Assembly: GCF_963921235.1 (NCBI RefSeq)
Contig: NC_086118.1
Coordinates: 23,810,001 to 23,874,000, forward strand
Length of the DNA: 64,000 bases
DNA from: Mobula hypostoma
Taxonomy: Eukaryota
Reading direction: 5' to 3'
The position numbers were made by a program, and so were the translations under genes. Shown here piece after piece: positions 37,553 through 49,830 of this stretch. Position 1 is the first letter of the stretch, and each line of letters starts with the position of its first letter. The notes below the pieces were generated by a model. That model was not told the DNA's origin, did no database searches, and saw nothing but the letters and a program-made list of their open reading frames with translations.

Positions 37553-38050
37553 TATTAGTCGAGACATTGAGTTCAAGAGTCAGGAATTTAACTTGCAGTT
37601 TTATAATTTTTTTTTTTAATTGCATTCTATTCTGATCGCTCTACTATAAGGAGAATGTGGAGGCTTTGGAAAGGATGCAGGAAAGGTTCACCAGGATACT
37701 GCCCAGATTAGAGCAGCTAAGAGACCATTTTGGGTGGTTATCTCTGGAGCAGCAGAGATGACCTGATGGAAGTTAATAAGATCATGAAATGCTTAGATAG
37801 AGTAGATAGCTGGTATATTTTTTTCCCAGGGTCAAAATCTCCCATTCTAAAGTACGTGCATTTAAGATGAGAGGGGATAGGTTCATAGGTGATGTATGGG
37901 GCAAATTATTTTATGCAGAGAGTAGTGGTGCCTGGAATTTGCTGTCAGGAGTGGTATTGGAAGCAAATATGATAGAGGTGTTTTAAGGGCTCTTAGATAG
38001 ACACATGAATGTGTCAAGTAGAGGGAAATGGACATTAGGTAGGCAGAAGA
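37553..38050 (+). mobile_element. CR1-type LINE 3' fragment
   Basis: GAGTTCAAGAGTCAGGAA, GGTTCACCAGGATACTGCC and CAGAGAGTAGTGGTGCCTGGAA motifs. Confidence 0.8.
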
Positions 38051-38096
38051 GATTTATTTAAATACTAAAATCAAAGTCAAAGCTGAGCTTATTATC

Positions 38097-38541
38097 GTCG
38101 TTGTAGGTCGCATCTGGAATTTCCAGTTGGCGGACAATTTCCCTCCACGCCGCTCTGACATATTGGGAAATCATATACTTGGCAGGTTACAACAGTAGTT
38201 TGCCTTTGCCTTCTGCCGGGTGAGTTTAAAGAGATCACCACCTCTTGCAGTGGATGACCAGGATGTCTAAGTGTCTTGTCGTGCTCTTAGCGCTCCACAA
38301 CACCTGCTGGCCTACCTTCCGGACCTTTGGATCATTAATCGGTCTCCTCCGGTCAATCAGCCAGGGCCAGACATCACACGCTGGGACAGGCAGATCCCCT
38401 ACCCCACCGAGGGTCAAAGACCCATCGGTTACCCTCACTTGGTTTGGCCCGTCTGCCGAGACGGTTCACTGGGGCGTGGCCGCTGCACGTGCTGCAGCTA
38501 CTTGGAGCCACAGGTGAGAGCTGAGCGCCAGGTGGGGACCA
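38097..38541 (-). mobile_element. Bipartite non-autonomous RTE-like element (structured leader + RTE-type tail)
   Basis: TSD TTATTATC (38089-38096 / 38545-38552); 3' part shared with the SINE at 38793-39061; contains GAAGGCAAAGGCAAACTACT on the minus strand. Confidence 0.65.
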
Positions 38542-38792
38542 AGTTTATTATCAGGTGCATAAGTACATGTATGAACATGTGCAATGAAAATCTGGCTTGC
38601 AGTAGCATCACAGGCACATAGCATCAGATAAGCATCATATCAGCAGTACTCACATAGCAGTCATTGTCTGAATCAGAATCAGGTTTAATATCACCGGTAT
38701 ATGTTGTGAAATTTGTTGTCTTTGCAGCACAATAGAACACATAATAGAGAGACAAAAGGAAAATGTGAATTACAGTAAGTATATTATTAAAT

Positions 38793-39061
38793 GGAAAAGG
38801 AAAGGTACGTCGCGTCTGGAGTTTCTCCGGTTAGCGGACGATTTCCCTCCCCGCCTCTCTGACGTAGTGGGGAACCGCGTACAAGGCAATGGGTTTGCAG
38901 TAGTTTGCCATTGCCTTCTCCGGCTGGGTTTCCAAAGAGATCACCAGCTCATAACCCAGCCGGATGGAAAGAGTGCAGGGGAGCCGGCTGTCTGGATTCG
39001 AACTCGGGACCTTTCGTCCCGAAGTCCGATGCTGATGCCACTATGCCACCAGCTGGATCAT
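38793..39061 (-). mobile_element. tRNA-derived SINE with RTE-type tail
   Basis: Minus strand A box TGGCATAGTGG, B box GTTCGAATCC, GAAGGCAATGGCAAACTACT; TSD TTATTAAAT (38784-38792 / 39062-39070). Confidence 0.85.
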
Positions 39062-39092
39062 TTATTAAATAGTTAACTTAAATAAGTAATGC

Positions 39093-39892
39093 AAACTTGT
39101 CACATGGTGTGAGCAGAATTATCTGCAGCTTAATGTGAAAAAGACTAAGGAGCTGGTGGTAGACCTGAGGAGATCTAAGGTACCAGTGACCCCTGTTTCC
39201 ATCCAGGGGGTCAGTGTGGACATGATAGAGGATTACAAATACCTGGGGATATGAATTGACAATAAACTGGACTGGTCAAAGAACACTGAGGCTGTCTACA
39301 AGAAGGGTCAGAGCCGTCTCTATTTCCTGAGGAGACTGAGGTACTTTAACATCTGCCGGACGATGCTGAGGATGTTCTACGAGTTTGTGGTGGCCAGTGC
39401 GGTCATGTTTGCTGTTGTGTGCTGGGGCAGCAGGCTGAGGGTAGCAGACACCAATAGAATCAACAAACTCATCCGTAAGGCCAGTGATGTTGTGGGGATG
39501 GAACTGAACTCTCTCACGGTGGTGTCTGAAAAGAGGATGCTGTCTAAGTTGCATACCATCTTGGTCAATGTTTCCCACCCACTACATAATGTACTGGTTG
39601 GGCACAGGAGTACATTCAGCCAGAGACTCATTCCACCGAGATGCAGCACAGAGTGTCATAGGAAGTCATTCCTGCCTGTGGCCATCAAACTTTACAGCTC
39701 TTCCCTTGGAGGGTCAGACACCCTGAGCCAATAGGCTGGTCCTGGACTTATTTCATGATTTACTGGCATAATTTACATACTACTATTTAACTATTTATGA
39801 TTCTATTACTATTTATTATTTATGGTGCAACTGTAACGAAAACCAATTTCCCCCGGGATCAATAAAGTATGACAATGACTATGACTATGACT
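39093..39892 (+). mobile_element. Rex1/Babar LINE, same family as 3256-4364
   Basis: ORF 39363-39734 is nearly identical to ORF 3407-3778; (ATGACT)n tail; AAACTT at both junctions. Confidence 0.93.
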
Positions 39893-40679
39893 AAACTTAA
39901 AAATAAAAAATTTGTCAGGTAGTGTGCGTGGGTTCAACATCCATTCAGAAATCGGATGTCAGAGGGGAAGAAGCTACTTCTGAATTATTGAGTGAGTGCC
40001 TTCAGGCTCCTGTACCTCCTCTCTGATGAGAAGAGAGCATGTCCTGGGTGATAGAGATTCTTGATAATGGAGGCATCGTTCCTTAACGATGTCCTGGATT
40101 CCACAGGGGCTATTGCCCATGAAGGAGCTAAGTTCACAACTTTCTGCAGCTTCTTTTGATCCTGTGCAGCAGCTCTACCATACCAGATGGTGACGTAGCC
40201 AGTTAGAATGCTCCCCATCATACATCTGTAGAAGCCTTTAGAAATTTGTTCCTCACAACATTGAGGGCCAAAATTACTCTGTCGGTGCTACACTGTGCTC
40301 TATGCAATAAGAATTCAAATATAATGGCATTTCCCAACTTCCCAAATCTGAATCTTCCCATATGTATTCCCACCTTAACAATGCAGGCTTTTGATCACAT
40401 GACCACTACTGAGCAGAAGTAAGCCAAAACCTAGTGGTAATTATATTCTCCAAGCCAGATCAGAAGATATAAAACACTTAACACTGAAAATATACTCTGT
40501 CAAAAAAGGTAAATACAAGTCTTGAAAAGCTTAGTATTTTTCAATGGCCTTTAACATACTTCTAAATCACATGCTCTCTTGTACTGGTTACAGGGGAATG
40601 GTGCTGGTTTTCAGTTTCTGTATGGTATAGTGGAATAGACCACCTTCCATGTCTGTGAGCATTAGCAGGGCAATCAGAC

Positions 40680-40990
40680 GTGACGTGCTGCATTTATATA
40701 ACACTTTTAACATAGTAAAACATCCCAAGGCGTTTAACAGGGAGCTCCATCAGGCAAACAAAACTGACACTGAGCCAAGACAGGAGATATAAGGATGGCT
40801 GAGTAAAACTTTTGATCAAAGAGGCATGCTGTAAGGGCCATCTCAACTGAGGATAGAAGAGTTGAGCTTTAGGGAGGGAATTCCAGAGCTGAATCTGAAG
40901 CAGTAGATCCATGCCAGTGCTGAAGGAATGACTGATGAATAAACATCAGAACCATGATAGAAACTAATGTGAGGGAACTCAAACAAATTC
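40680..40990 (-). mobile_element. L2/CR1-group LINE 3' end remnant
   Basis: GCATTTATATAACACTTTTAACATAGTAAAACATCCCAAGGCG...AGGGAGGGAATTCCAGAGCT. Confidence 0.6.
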
Positions 40991-42087
40991 AAAGTTGGCA
41001 ATTTGTTCATTAACATAAGATCATTTTTCACCTTCAATAAATAAAGAGTGCTGAGTGATTTCCTCTTTGCATCTTACAAGCTAAGTGCACAACTGTTAAC
41101 TGGGATGTTAACAGACTGAGGAAAGGCAAGTGAAAACAGAAATATATATAAATTACCCCAAACAGCCATAAATCATAAATAATAAATCTGATTTTGATTC
41201 TGAAATAAGCACATGCCATTATTTAATTCTGGGCTTTGAGAGTAAGTTGTTGCCCACAAACAAACAGTGGAAGTTTCTGAGCAGTTAGTGATACCGACAT
41301 AAGGTAGATTAACTCCATGACTTGATCTCAGATGAATTTTATAAGTAAAAATAACATTTGGCCTCAAACCAGTTTTTCAGTTTGCCACTTCAGAAAGAAG
41401 TAACTTAAATCCACCCTGCCTACTGCTCTGATTTAGCTCAGCTTTGGCCAGGGTTCAGTGAAATGCCTGATCTGGTGATACTTACATACTTTGTGCATTT
41501 TATGTACAATTGCTAACCAAGTTGCAACTTGCCTTTTTTTTCAAATGATTTGTAGGATTTAATGGTACAGAGAATGCTATACCCTTAATCCTTAATATTG
41601 GTTCAAACAAGGAAAAGATTATGTTTTATTCTTTAAAGCGCCTTTTAGGTTAATAGAGCTCATCTTAGCTACTCAAAAAGACATTGAGCACACCAATGAA
41701 AAGGGTTTAACAGTTGTAAATACTTTCATCAGTGAAAATCTGATAACATAATGCAAACAAAACAAAATGACAGGGATGAAGTGTGATCCAAATCATCTGT
41801 GTTTTGTCCTGTACGTACTCCCTGAGAAGAGTGCTTACAATCATTACCTTGTTTTACTCAGACTACTAATATATTTTTGAATGCAAAGAAAGGACAGCTA
41901 GATTTTAGAATATGCAAATATGTCAGTGCTTGGTTGCAAAAGTTTTCATCTTAAAAGGAGCACTACTGTTAATGATAAAAATAGAGAACAAAAGCTCATA
42001 TCATTAAAATTGCAGCATCAAAAGATAAACTTTATTCCAGATTAATGTATTTGTAAATTTCTTAGATAACAGAAGTATTATTTTATT

Positions 42088-43440
42088 TCATAGAATATAA
42101 AATATAGAACACTACAGCACAGCACAAGTCCTACAGCCCGTGATATTATGCCAATTTTTGAGGACACTCAAGGATAAATCCAACCCTGCCTTCCTACATG
42201 GCTCTCCATTTTTGATCATGCATGTGTCTATCCAGAAGTTTCTTAAATGTAGATTTGTATCTGGCTCTACTTCTGTCCTGGCAGGGCATTCCATGCCTTA
42301 GCCAAGGACTTAGCTCTGACATACTCGTTATACATTCCTTCAACTACATTAAAATTATGCTCCCTAATATTTCCTACACAGTTCATTGAGAATATTGTAA
42401 TGTAGAGCTACATAGAACATAGAACAGTACAGCACAGGAACAGGCCCTTCATCTCACAATACCTTGCCAAACCAAATAAATTAGTAATTGAATGGTTAAC
42501 TAATCTAATCCATTATGTGTACACAATGTGCGTATCGATCCATTTTCCTCACATTTATGTGCTCATCTAAATGACTCTTAAATGCCTCTCATCAGAGGAG
42601 GAGGGAGGAGAAGATGGCGGCGCGACGCAGCGCGCACGGCCGTTCCGAATGAATATCAATATGTGTAACTAGGGATGCCGTGCATCAATCCGGATTTGAT
42701 GGGGAGAGCCGTGAAGCATAGAGGAACATCTGGAGAATCTTCTGAAATGCCTGCTTCGCTGCCGCTGCTACTGCGCGATCGAGAATCTCCGGAGACGAAG
42801 GCCCCAAATCCTCGGTTTTGCGTATCGTTTGTTGCCGGGGCCGGGGTTGAAACGCTAGGCCGAGATGGTGCTCGGTGCTTGGTGTTGAATAGGTGGTCGG
42901 AGGCTCAGAGTTTTCGGACGAACTCGGAGTCGGACTGTGGTCGGATGCTTCCAAGATGCTGCATCGGCAAGTTGGCGGTGCTGGAGGTTCACCGTCTGCA
43001 TGAGATGATGGGACTTTTGAGAGACTCTGAGGCTTTTACTGTGCCCATGGTCTGTTCTTATCAAACTACGGTATTGCTTTGCACTGTTGTAACTATATGT
43101 TATAATTATATAGTTTTTGTTAGTCTTTAAGTTGGTTTGTCATGTGTTTTCATGATATAATTCTGGAAAAACATTTTTTATCATTTCTTAATGCATGCAT
43201 TATTAAATGACAATAAAAGGGGACTGTGTGTCCTCATAATCATAATAATCGTAATAATAATCTGCCTCTACCCCCACCCCAGGCAGTGCAGAGCATTCCA
43301 GGCACCCACTACTCTCTGTGTAAAATATTTGTCTTGCCTCTCAGATCTCCTTTAAAATAATCCCCTCTCACCTTATCTGTTATTAGACATTTCAACCCTG
43401 GGAAAAAGATATGGTCTGTCTACTCTAGCTATGCCTCTGT
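42088..43440 (-). mobile_element. Two adjacent CR1-type 3' fragments (second split by an insertion)
   Basis: Reverse tails CATAGAA at 42088 and 42411; sequence interrupted at ~42590 resumes at ~43262. Confidence 0.75.
42592..43262 (+). mobile_element. Young CpG-rich non-autonomous LINE derivative
   Basis: 5' AAGATGGCGGCGCGACGCAGCGCG, CpG-rich body, AATAAA followed by (ATAATC)n tail. Confidence 0.7.
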
Positions 43441-45170
43441 AATTCCCTTTACTCTACTGTAATGCTGATATATTTGACTTTATCTTTTCATTCTCAAACT
43501 GCAGGTGAATTCTATCATATTATGATCACCCTCTCCTAAGTGTTCTTTTACCTTAAGCTCCCTAATCAAATCTGACTCATTCCACAAAGCAAAATCCAAA
43601 ATTCCCTTTCCTCTAGTGGGAGCAACCATAACCTGCTCTAAAAAGCTATCTCATAGGAAATTAACAAATTCTCTTTCTTGGAATCCAGCACCAACCTGAT
43701 TTTCCCAATTTACCTGCATATTGAAATCGCCCATGACTATTGCAACATTGCCCCATTTAAATGCCTTTTCTATTAGCTATATACATTTATATCCCACATC
43801 CTGGCTATTGCTTAGCAGCATGTGTATAACTCACAACAAGGTCTTTTTACCCATGCTGTTTCTTAATTCTACCTTCATTGTCCGATCGCATGTTACCTCT
43901 TTCTAAGGATTTAATTTCATTTTTTACCTATAGGGCCACCTCCACCCACCACTGCTTACCTGCCTGTCCTTTTGATACAAGGTATATCCTTGGATGTTAA
44001 ACTCCCAACTATGATCTTCTTTCAGCCACTGCTCTGTGATGCCCACAATGTCATACCTGTCAATCTTTAACTGCATTACATTATCTACATTATTCCGTAT
44101 ACTGTGCATATTGAAATATAACACCTTCAGTCCTGTATTCATTACCTTTTTCATTTTGCTCCCATGTTACACTTCAGCTCATCCCTCTAACTGTAATTCT
44201 GCCCTATCATCCACCTGTCTTTCCTCACAGTCGCACTACACACTGCATTAATGTTTACCAACTGCCCCAACCTCAGGCCTATCACTCTGGTTCCCATCTC
44301 CCTACCAACTTAATTTAAACCCTCTCCAACAGCTCAAGCAAACTTACCTGCAAGGATGTTGTCCTCCACAGGTTCAGGTGTAACTTGTCCTTTTTATACA
44401 GGTCATACCTCCTTATGTATGCATAGAATGCCTTTGGATCCTCTTTAATTCTATTTGCCAAGAACTTTTTATGGTCCCACCTATTTTTTCTACTTCCTTT
44501 CTTGAGTTTTTTTCTTTTTTATATCATCTAACTTCCTTTGCTTTACATACTTTTCCTTCTTGACTAAATTCATTACCTACCTGGGTATCCAAGGTTCTCT
44601 TACCTTGCCATCTTTGTCCTCCCTTCAGACTGGAAGATACCTGTCCTGTAATTTGTGCCATTGGTCTTTGAATGGCCTCCACTGTCAGATGTGGACTTAC
44701 CCCACCTCCAAAAAAAATGTTCCTAATTAACTCTCCCTAGATCCTGAATAATACTCTTGTAATTTGCTTTTCTCCAAATGAATACACTCTTGCAAGGTCC
44801 ATGGTTATCTATAGCTATCTTAAAGCTTAGGGAACTGTGGTCACTGTTTTCTAACTGTTCGCCCACTGAAAGTTCTGTCACCTGGCCAGGATTATTCCCT
44901 AACACCAGACCCAGTACAGCCCCTCTTCTTGTTGGTCTATCTCTATATTGATTTAAGAAACCGATCTGGATGCACCTAAAAAATACTGTTCCATCTAAAC
45001 CTTACACTAAGAAGGTTCTAATTTATATTAGGAAATCCTGAAGTCCCCCATGACAACAGCTCTATTGTTTTTACACCTTTCCTTAATCTGCCTGCATATC
45101 TGTTCCTCGATGTCCCTGTGGCTATTGGGGATCTGTAGCACAATGTTACCAGAGTGATTGCACCCCCTTC
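43440..45170 (-). mobile_element. CR1-type LINE ORF1/ORF2-endonuclease fragments (two copies)
   Basis: ORF 43924-44154 LKVLYFNMHSIRN..YDIVGITEQWL; ORF 44723-44905 LGNNPGQVTELSVGEQLENSDH. Confidence 0.85.
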
Positions 45171-45191
45171 TTTTTATTGCCTCAAATAAAG

Positions 45192-45327
45192 CTCACTCCC
45201 GATGAGACTTGTTCTGTTCAAGTGACTCACATCCTGCAACAATGCCACTCGCTCACTCGCTAATTGAAAGAATGACTCACTCCCATTGAGACTTGTTCTT
45301 TTCAAATGGCTCCTGCCCTGCAACAAG
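45192..45327. repeat. Two-copy direct repeat, period 84 bp
   Basis: CTCACTCCC..TGAGACTTGTTCT.TTCAA.TG.CTC....CCTGCAACAA at 45192 and 45276. Confidence 0.8.
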
Positions 45328-46744
45328 GGTATTCTTTTCATATTTAAGAATTGCTTAAGCATGAGTTTAAAATGTAATTAAGTGTGTGAGTGAAGCTGGT
45401 CAGACTATGCAGTGTACACTAACCATTCAGAGGTAGAGTGCATTCACATGTAGGTTGCTATGCCTGTCAAAATGGTTGTGCATACTGATGGACAGTGTTC
45501 TGGATTGAAATATTGAGCAAACTGTTATCTCTGTCAGCTCACGAAAAATATGGCATGTGGTTTGGATTGAGGTTGTTGTTAAGATGGGAGACAACTGTAG
45601 CAGAGGTAGAAATAAATAAACACAAAAGGACAAGCATTATATGGTAGCCGAAGTGGGTATGGAGGGCCAGCAATGAAGATGAAGTCATGTTTCACAGATG
45701 AAAGGTGAATGTGATGAATGGGTCTGTGTCACTGAAGCTGACTGGAAGGAGCACCACAAGTTATAAAAGTGGTCAGTAAAGAAATACAGCGAATCAAACA
45801 GAGAATGTACTTCAAAGCTTCACGTATGAGGAATCTGTACTGGGGAATTCATACTGTGACATAGAAAAGAATGAGTGAATCAAAGAGGAGAAGGATTAAT
45901 TGAGGAACATTAACATGTCAGGTGAAATTTGTATATTTTCTTGACTATGAAGTTGATTAGCAGACTGAGAGCATGAACATTCCTGTAATAAAATAAGATC
46001 TGTTCCTTTTGCACTGTGGATCATCATTATGTTTTCATCAAATCTCCAGGTAGAATCGATCAGGAGCTGGGAGAAATCAGCCAGAATTATTGATTGATTT
46101 TTGAATTTCACATTTGGACAATATTTTCTTGATCTTGCCCCCTTCTCCTCCAAGGCATTGATTAATATTACAATTCCTTAAGTGCTAACAGCTTTCTGCA
46201 ACCTGATGTACAAGAACATCCTCCATACATGTCTGAACAGTGAACATCTCAAAGCGGATTAGTGCTGTACCCAATCCTTTCCTTACTCTGCATGTCCCAG
46301 TGTGTTTTGCAGATTAATTGGATTGGAATTTTGACTGAATTTGTCTGCAGTTTTGTTCAAAATTGGTCAATTATGGTGCCTCTCCCTCTTTAGTCAATAT
46401 TAATTGATGTTTCTGTATTAACCCCATTGAAGGTCAATGTTTGATTAAGGACAGAAGAGTGTCATTGTAATTCAGTAGTTTCATACTCAACATAAGTAAT
46501 ACCAGTATTTTAATTACAAATTTATTCCAGGTGACCACAGGATTTTCTTTGGATGCTCCAGATTCCTTCATATACTTGTAAGTACATAGAACCGTACAGC
46601 ACAGGAATAGGCCCTGTAGCCCACAGTGACTGTAACATGATGCCAAATTAAACTAAACCCTTTTGCCTGTACTGTACGTGATGCTAATGCCTCCATTCTT
46701 TCCATATTCATGTATTTACCTAATATGCCACTATTTCATAAACG

Positions 46745-46980
46745 CCAGCGGGTGGCAAGTTAGCATAGCAGTTAGCACAATGCTTCGCAGCACCGGTAAC
46801 CCAGGTTCAATTCCTGCCATTGCCTGTAAGAAGTTGGTACGTTCTCCCGGTGGCCACGTGGGTTTCCTTTGGATGCCAGTTGGTAAGTTGGTTGGTTGTC
46901 ATAAATTAGGAATTGCTGGCTGGCGCAGCTCTAAGAGCTGGAAGGGCATATTCCACACTCTATCTCAATAAATAAATAAA
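46745..46980 (+). mobile_element. V-SINE (internally deleted)
   Basis: B box GGTTCAATTCC, GTTCTCCCGGTGGCCACGTGGGTTTCC, (AATA)n tail. Confidence 0.8.
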
Positions 46981-46984
46981 TTAT

Positions 46985-47670
46985 GAAGAGATTCTGTAGA
47001 TGTTGGAAATCCAGAGCAACATACTCAGAGGAACTCAGCAGGTCAAGGCAGTATCAATGGAAATGAAACTATGGACATTTCAGGCCAAGACCATTCATCA
47101 GAATTTTAAAGAAGGGTGAAGATGCCAGAATAAGAAGATGAGGGGAGGGGAAGGAGGACAAGCTAGAGGGTGATAGGTGAAGCTAGGTTGGTGGAGGAGG
47201 TGGGATGAAGTAACAATCTGGGAGATGATAAGTGGAAAAGGTAACGGGTGGAGAAGGAGGAAATAGATTGGAGAAGAGAGTGGACTATGTGAGAAAGGGA
47301 AGGAGGAGGGGCACTTTTTACTGTCATTTATTCTTTGGGGTAACCTTCTATTTTCGTGGATATCTGCAAAGACCAAGAATGTCGGGTTGTATATTGTATA
47401 CATCTCTGATATTAAATGGAACTATTGAACTATTGAACCAAAAGGAAGTAATAGGCAGGTGAGGAGAAGAGGTAAGAGGCCAGAGTGAGGAATTGAAGAA
47501 GAAGGAAGGAGGAAGGGGAAAATTATTACCGTAAGTTGGAGAAAATGATGTTCATGCCTTCAGGTCAGAGGCTACTTAGACAGAAAATGATATGTTGCTC
47601 CTCCAACTCAAGAGCGGCCTCATCATGGCAGAAAAGGCGGCCACAGACCGGCGTGCTGGAATGTGAATGG
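46985..47670 (-). mobile_element. Penelope-like element terminus with degenerate hammerhead motif and a short nested LINE tail (~47325-47437)
   Basis: Same architecture as 262-780; reverse CTGATGA-ATGGTCTTGGCCT-GAAA-TGTC at 47074-47101; LEEQHIIF-type ORF end ~47590. Confidence 0.8.
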
Positions 47671-48090
47671 AGACCAATGCCCAAGAATGAAAACACCTAC
47701 AAAAAGTAGTGGATACCACCTTGTCCATCACAGGAAAATCTCTCCCCACCATTAAGCACATCTGCAAGCAGCATCCATCATCAACGACCCCCACCACCCA
47801 GGCCTTCTCTCTTCTCACTGTTGCCATCAGGAAGGAGGTACAAGAGCCTTAGGTCTCATCCCACCAGGTTCAGAAACAAGGTATTATCCTTCAACCATCA
47901 GGCTCCTGAGACCAGTATGGATAACTCACCTGAACACTGAACTGATTCCACAACTTATGGACTCACTTTCAAGGATGCTATCTTTGTTATTTTTTAGCGT
48001 ATTTGCACAATTTGTTTTCTTTCGTACATAAGTTGTTTGTGTGCAGTTTTTAATTGATTCTATTGTACTTCTTTGCTCTACTTTGAAAAT
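47670..48090 (+). mobile_element. Rex1/Babar-type 3' fragment
   Basis: CTGTTGCCATCAGGAAGGAGGTACAAGAGCCT..CCACCAGGTTCAGAAAC. Confidence 0.75.
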
Positions 48091-48559
48091 CAGCAGTCCA
48101 TATTGAAGCTCCATGGGAGAAGCTCTCAGAAGGTGATGAACTCAAAGAATTAAGTCAGATGTAGGATGTTGTTCATTGTAGTAGATCAGAAAGAAATCAC
48201 GTTCATATATGGAAGATGTGCAGTACATCGAATGAGACTGATAAATGTACTGTGACAGAATCAGTGCTAGCAATCACTTCAGCCATGCAATGCTCAGAAT
48301 GCATATGTCATTCATACAATAAAAAGTGCAGGAAAGATGCAGAAAGACAACTGGAGGCAGTCAAACACAGGCACACAACTCCAAAGATGTTTTTAAGATC
48401 AGCCACTATTTAAGATTGGAGCCACAGTGAGAATGAGTCCACATCCAGCCTGGCAGATGACAACAGTAACTCATCATAGATCACATGCAGATCATTTGAT
48501 TTTATGACAGAGGAGAGAGAAAGAAGAAAGAGACTGTTTTTCTGTGACATGTACATAGA

Positions 48560-48835
48560 AACACTGAGACATACAATGAAATTCATTGTTACCATCGTTG
48601 CCACATATTCAAGTATGTGCTGAGGACTACCAGCAAGTGTTGATGCACTTCCGACATCAACATCGTGTGCTCACAACTTACTATCCTGTACATATTTGGA
48701 ATGTGGAAGGAAACTGGAGCATCCAGAGGAAATCCATATGGTCATGCGGAGAACATACAAACTCCTTCCAGACAGCTGTGGGAACTCAACCCAGTTCGCT
48801 AGTGCTGTAAAGTGTCCCACTAATCTCTATGCCGT
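48560..48835 (-). mobile_element. V-SINE-related element
   Basis: TTTGGAATGTGGAAGGAAACTGGAGCATCCAGAGGAAATCCA (reverse V-domain). Confidence 0.7.
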
Positions 48836-49611
48836 ATCTATAGGACTAAATTTATTTAAAAATCTATGGGACTAAATATTACATGACAATCAATTAACTA
48901 AAGTACCTGGAAGGCTTTGTATTGAAGTCAGGCAGACATTTGGCAATTACTGTAGATTTTTGCTTTTCTTTTACTTTTAAAGGAAAGGTATAACATATAC
49001 GGCATATACAATATTCCATGATAGTATATTAAGAACTGTACACTGCTCACTATATATATCGTAACAAGGTTTAAGGTAAAGTTTGTTAAGGCAGTTTCTC
49101 GCTGCCTTTGGGGAGAAGCTGCCCGCCTGTGTGGAAGTAAGCACTCTGCGGAGTAATACTGCCTTTTCTCCAGAGGTCTTTTGATTGATAATGCACAGAG
49201 CTGGCTTAAGTAATCAACTACCCTCCACCGTTCAACTGAGTGAATGAGAAAAAGATACTGAGGCAAGGCAACACTTCAGGTATGAAGGATCAAGTGTCTA
49301 GGTCCCAGTGAGACACTGTGGACTCACTTACGGGAACTAAGCTGTGTTCTCAGTTCTATTGGTTTACTTTTTTATTATTATTTGCATGAGTTATCCTCTC
49401 CTGCACATTGCATGTTTGTCAGTCTTTGTTATGTGTGTATAGTTTTTCATAGATTCTATTCAATTTCCTTGTTTTCCTATGGCGTGCCTGCAAGAAAATT
49501 AATCTCAAGTTTGTATATGATATACTACCTTGATAAAAAATTTACTTTGAACTTTTAACTTCAAACTTTTTAATTTTTTTCTTATTGAACCACCTACTCT
49601 TCAACTGGCCA

Positions 49612-49830
49612 CAATTCCCACCGCTGCCTGTAAGGAAATTGTACGTTCTCCCCGCGACTGCCTGGGTTTCCTCCAGGTGCTCCAATTTCCTCCCACAGTC
49701 CAAAGACATACCGGTTGGTAGGCTAATTATTCATTGTAAATTGTCCCGTGATTAGGCTAGGATTACAATCAGGGTATTGCTGGGCAGCGTTGCTTGAAAG
49801 GCTGAAAGGGTCTGTCAATAAAATAATAAG
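49612..49830 (+). mobile_element. V-SINE, 5'-truncated
   Basis: GTTCTCCCCGCGACTGCCTGGGTTTCCTCCAGGTGCTCCAATTTCCTCCCACAGTCCAAAGAC. Confidence 0.85.

Larger units (their letters stand above)
38668..40235 (-). mobile_element. Rex1/Babar-type LINE 3' fragment hosting two nested insertions
   Basis: (GAATCA)n reverse tail at 38668; ORF 39985-40221 SILTGYVTIWYG..KKLQKVV..HPGHALFS..RRYRSL. Confidence 0.8.

Noticed and set aside
38985..39058. tRNA-like sequence on minus strand
   Set aside because: SINE head within a TSD-flanked element.
42675..43130. 151-aa ORF in GC-rich insert
   Set aside because: Open frame explained by GC content within a non-autonomous element; no domain recognised.
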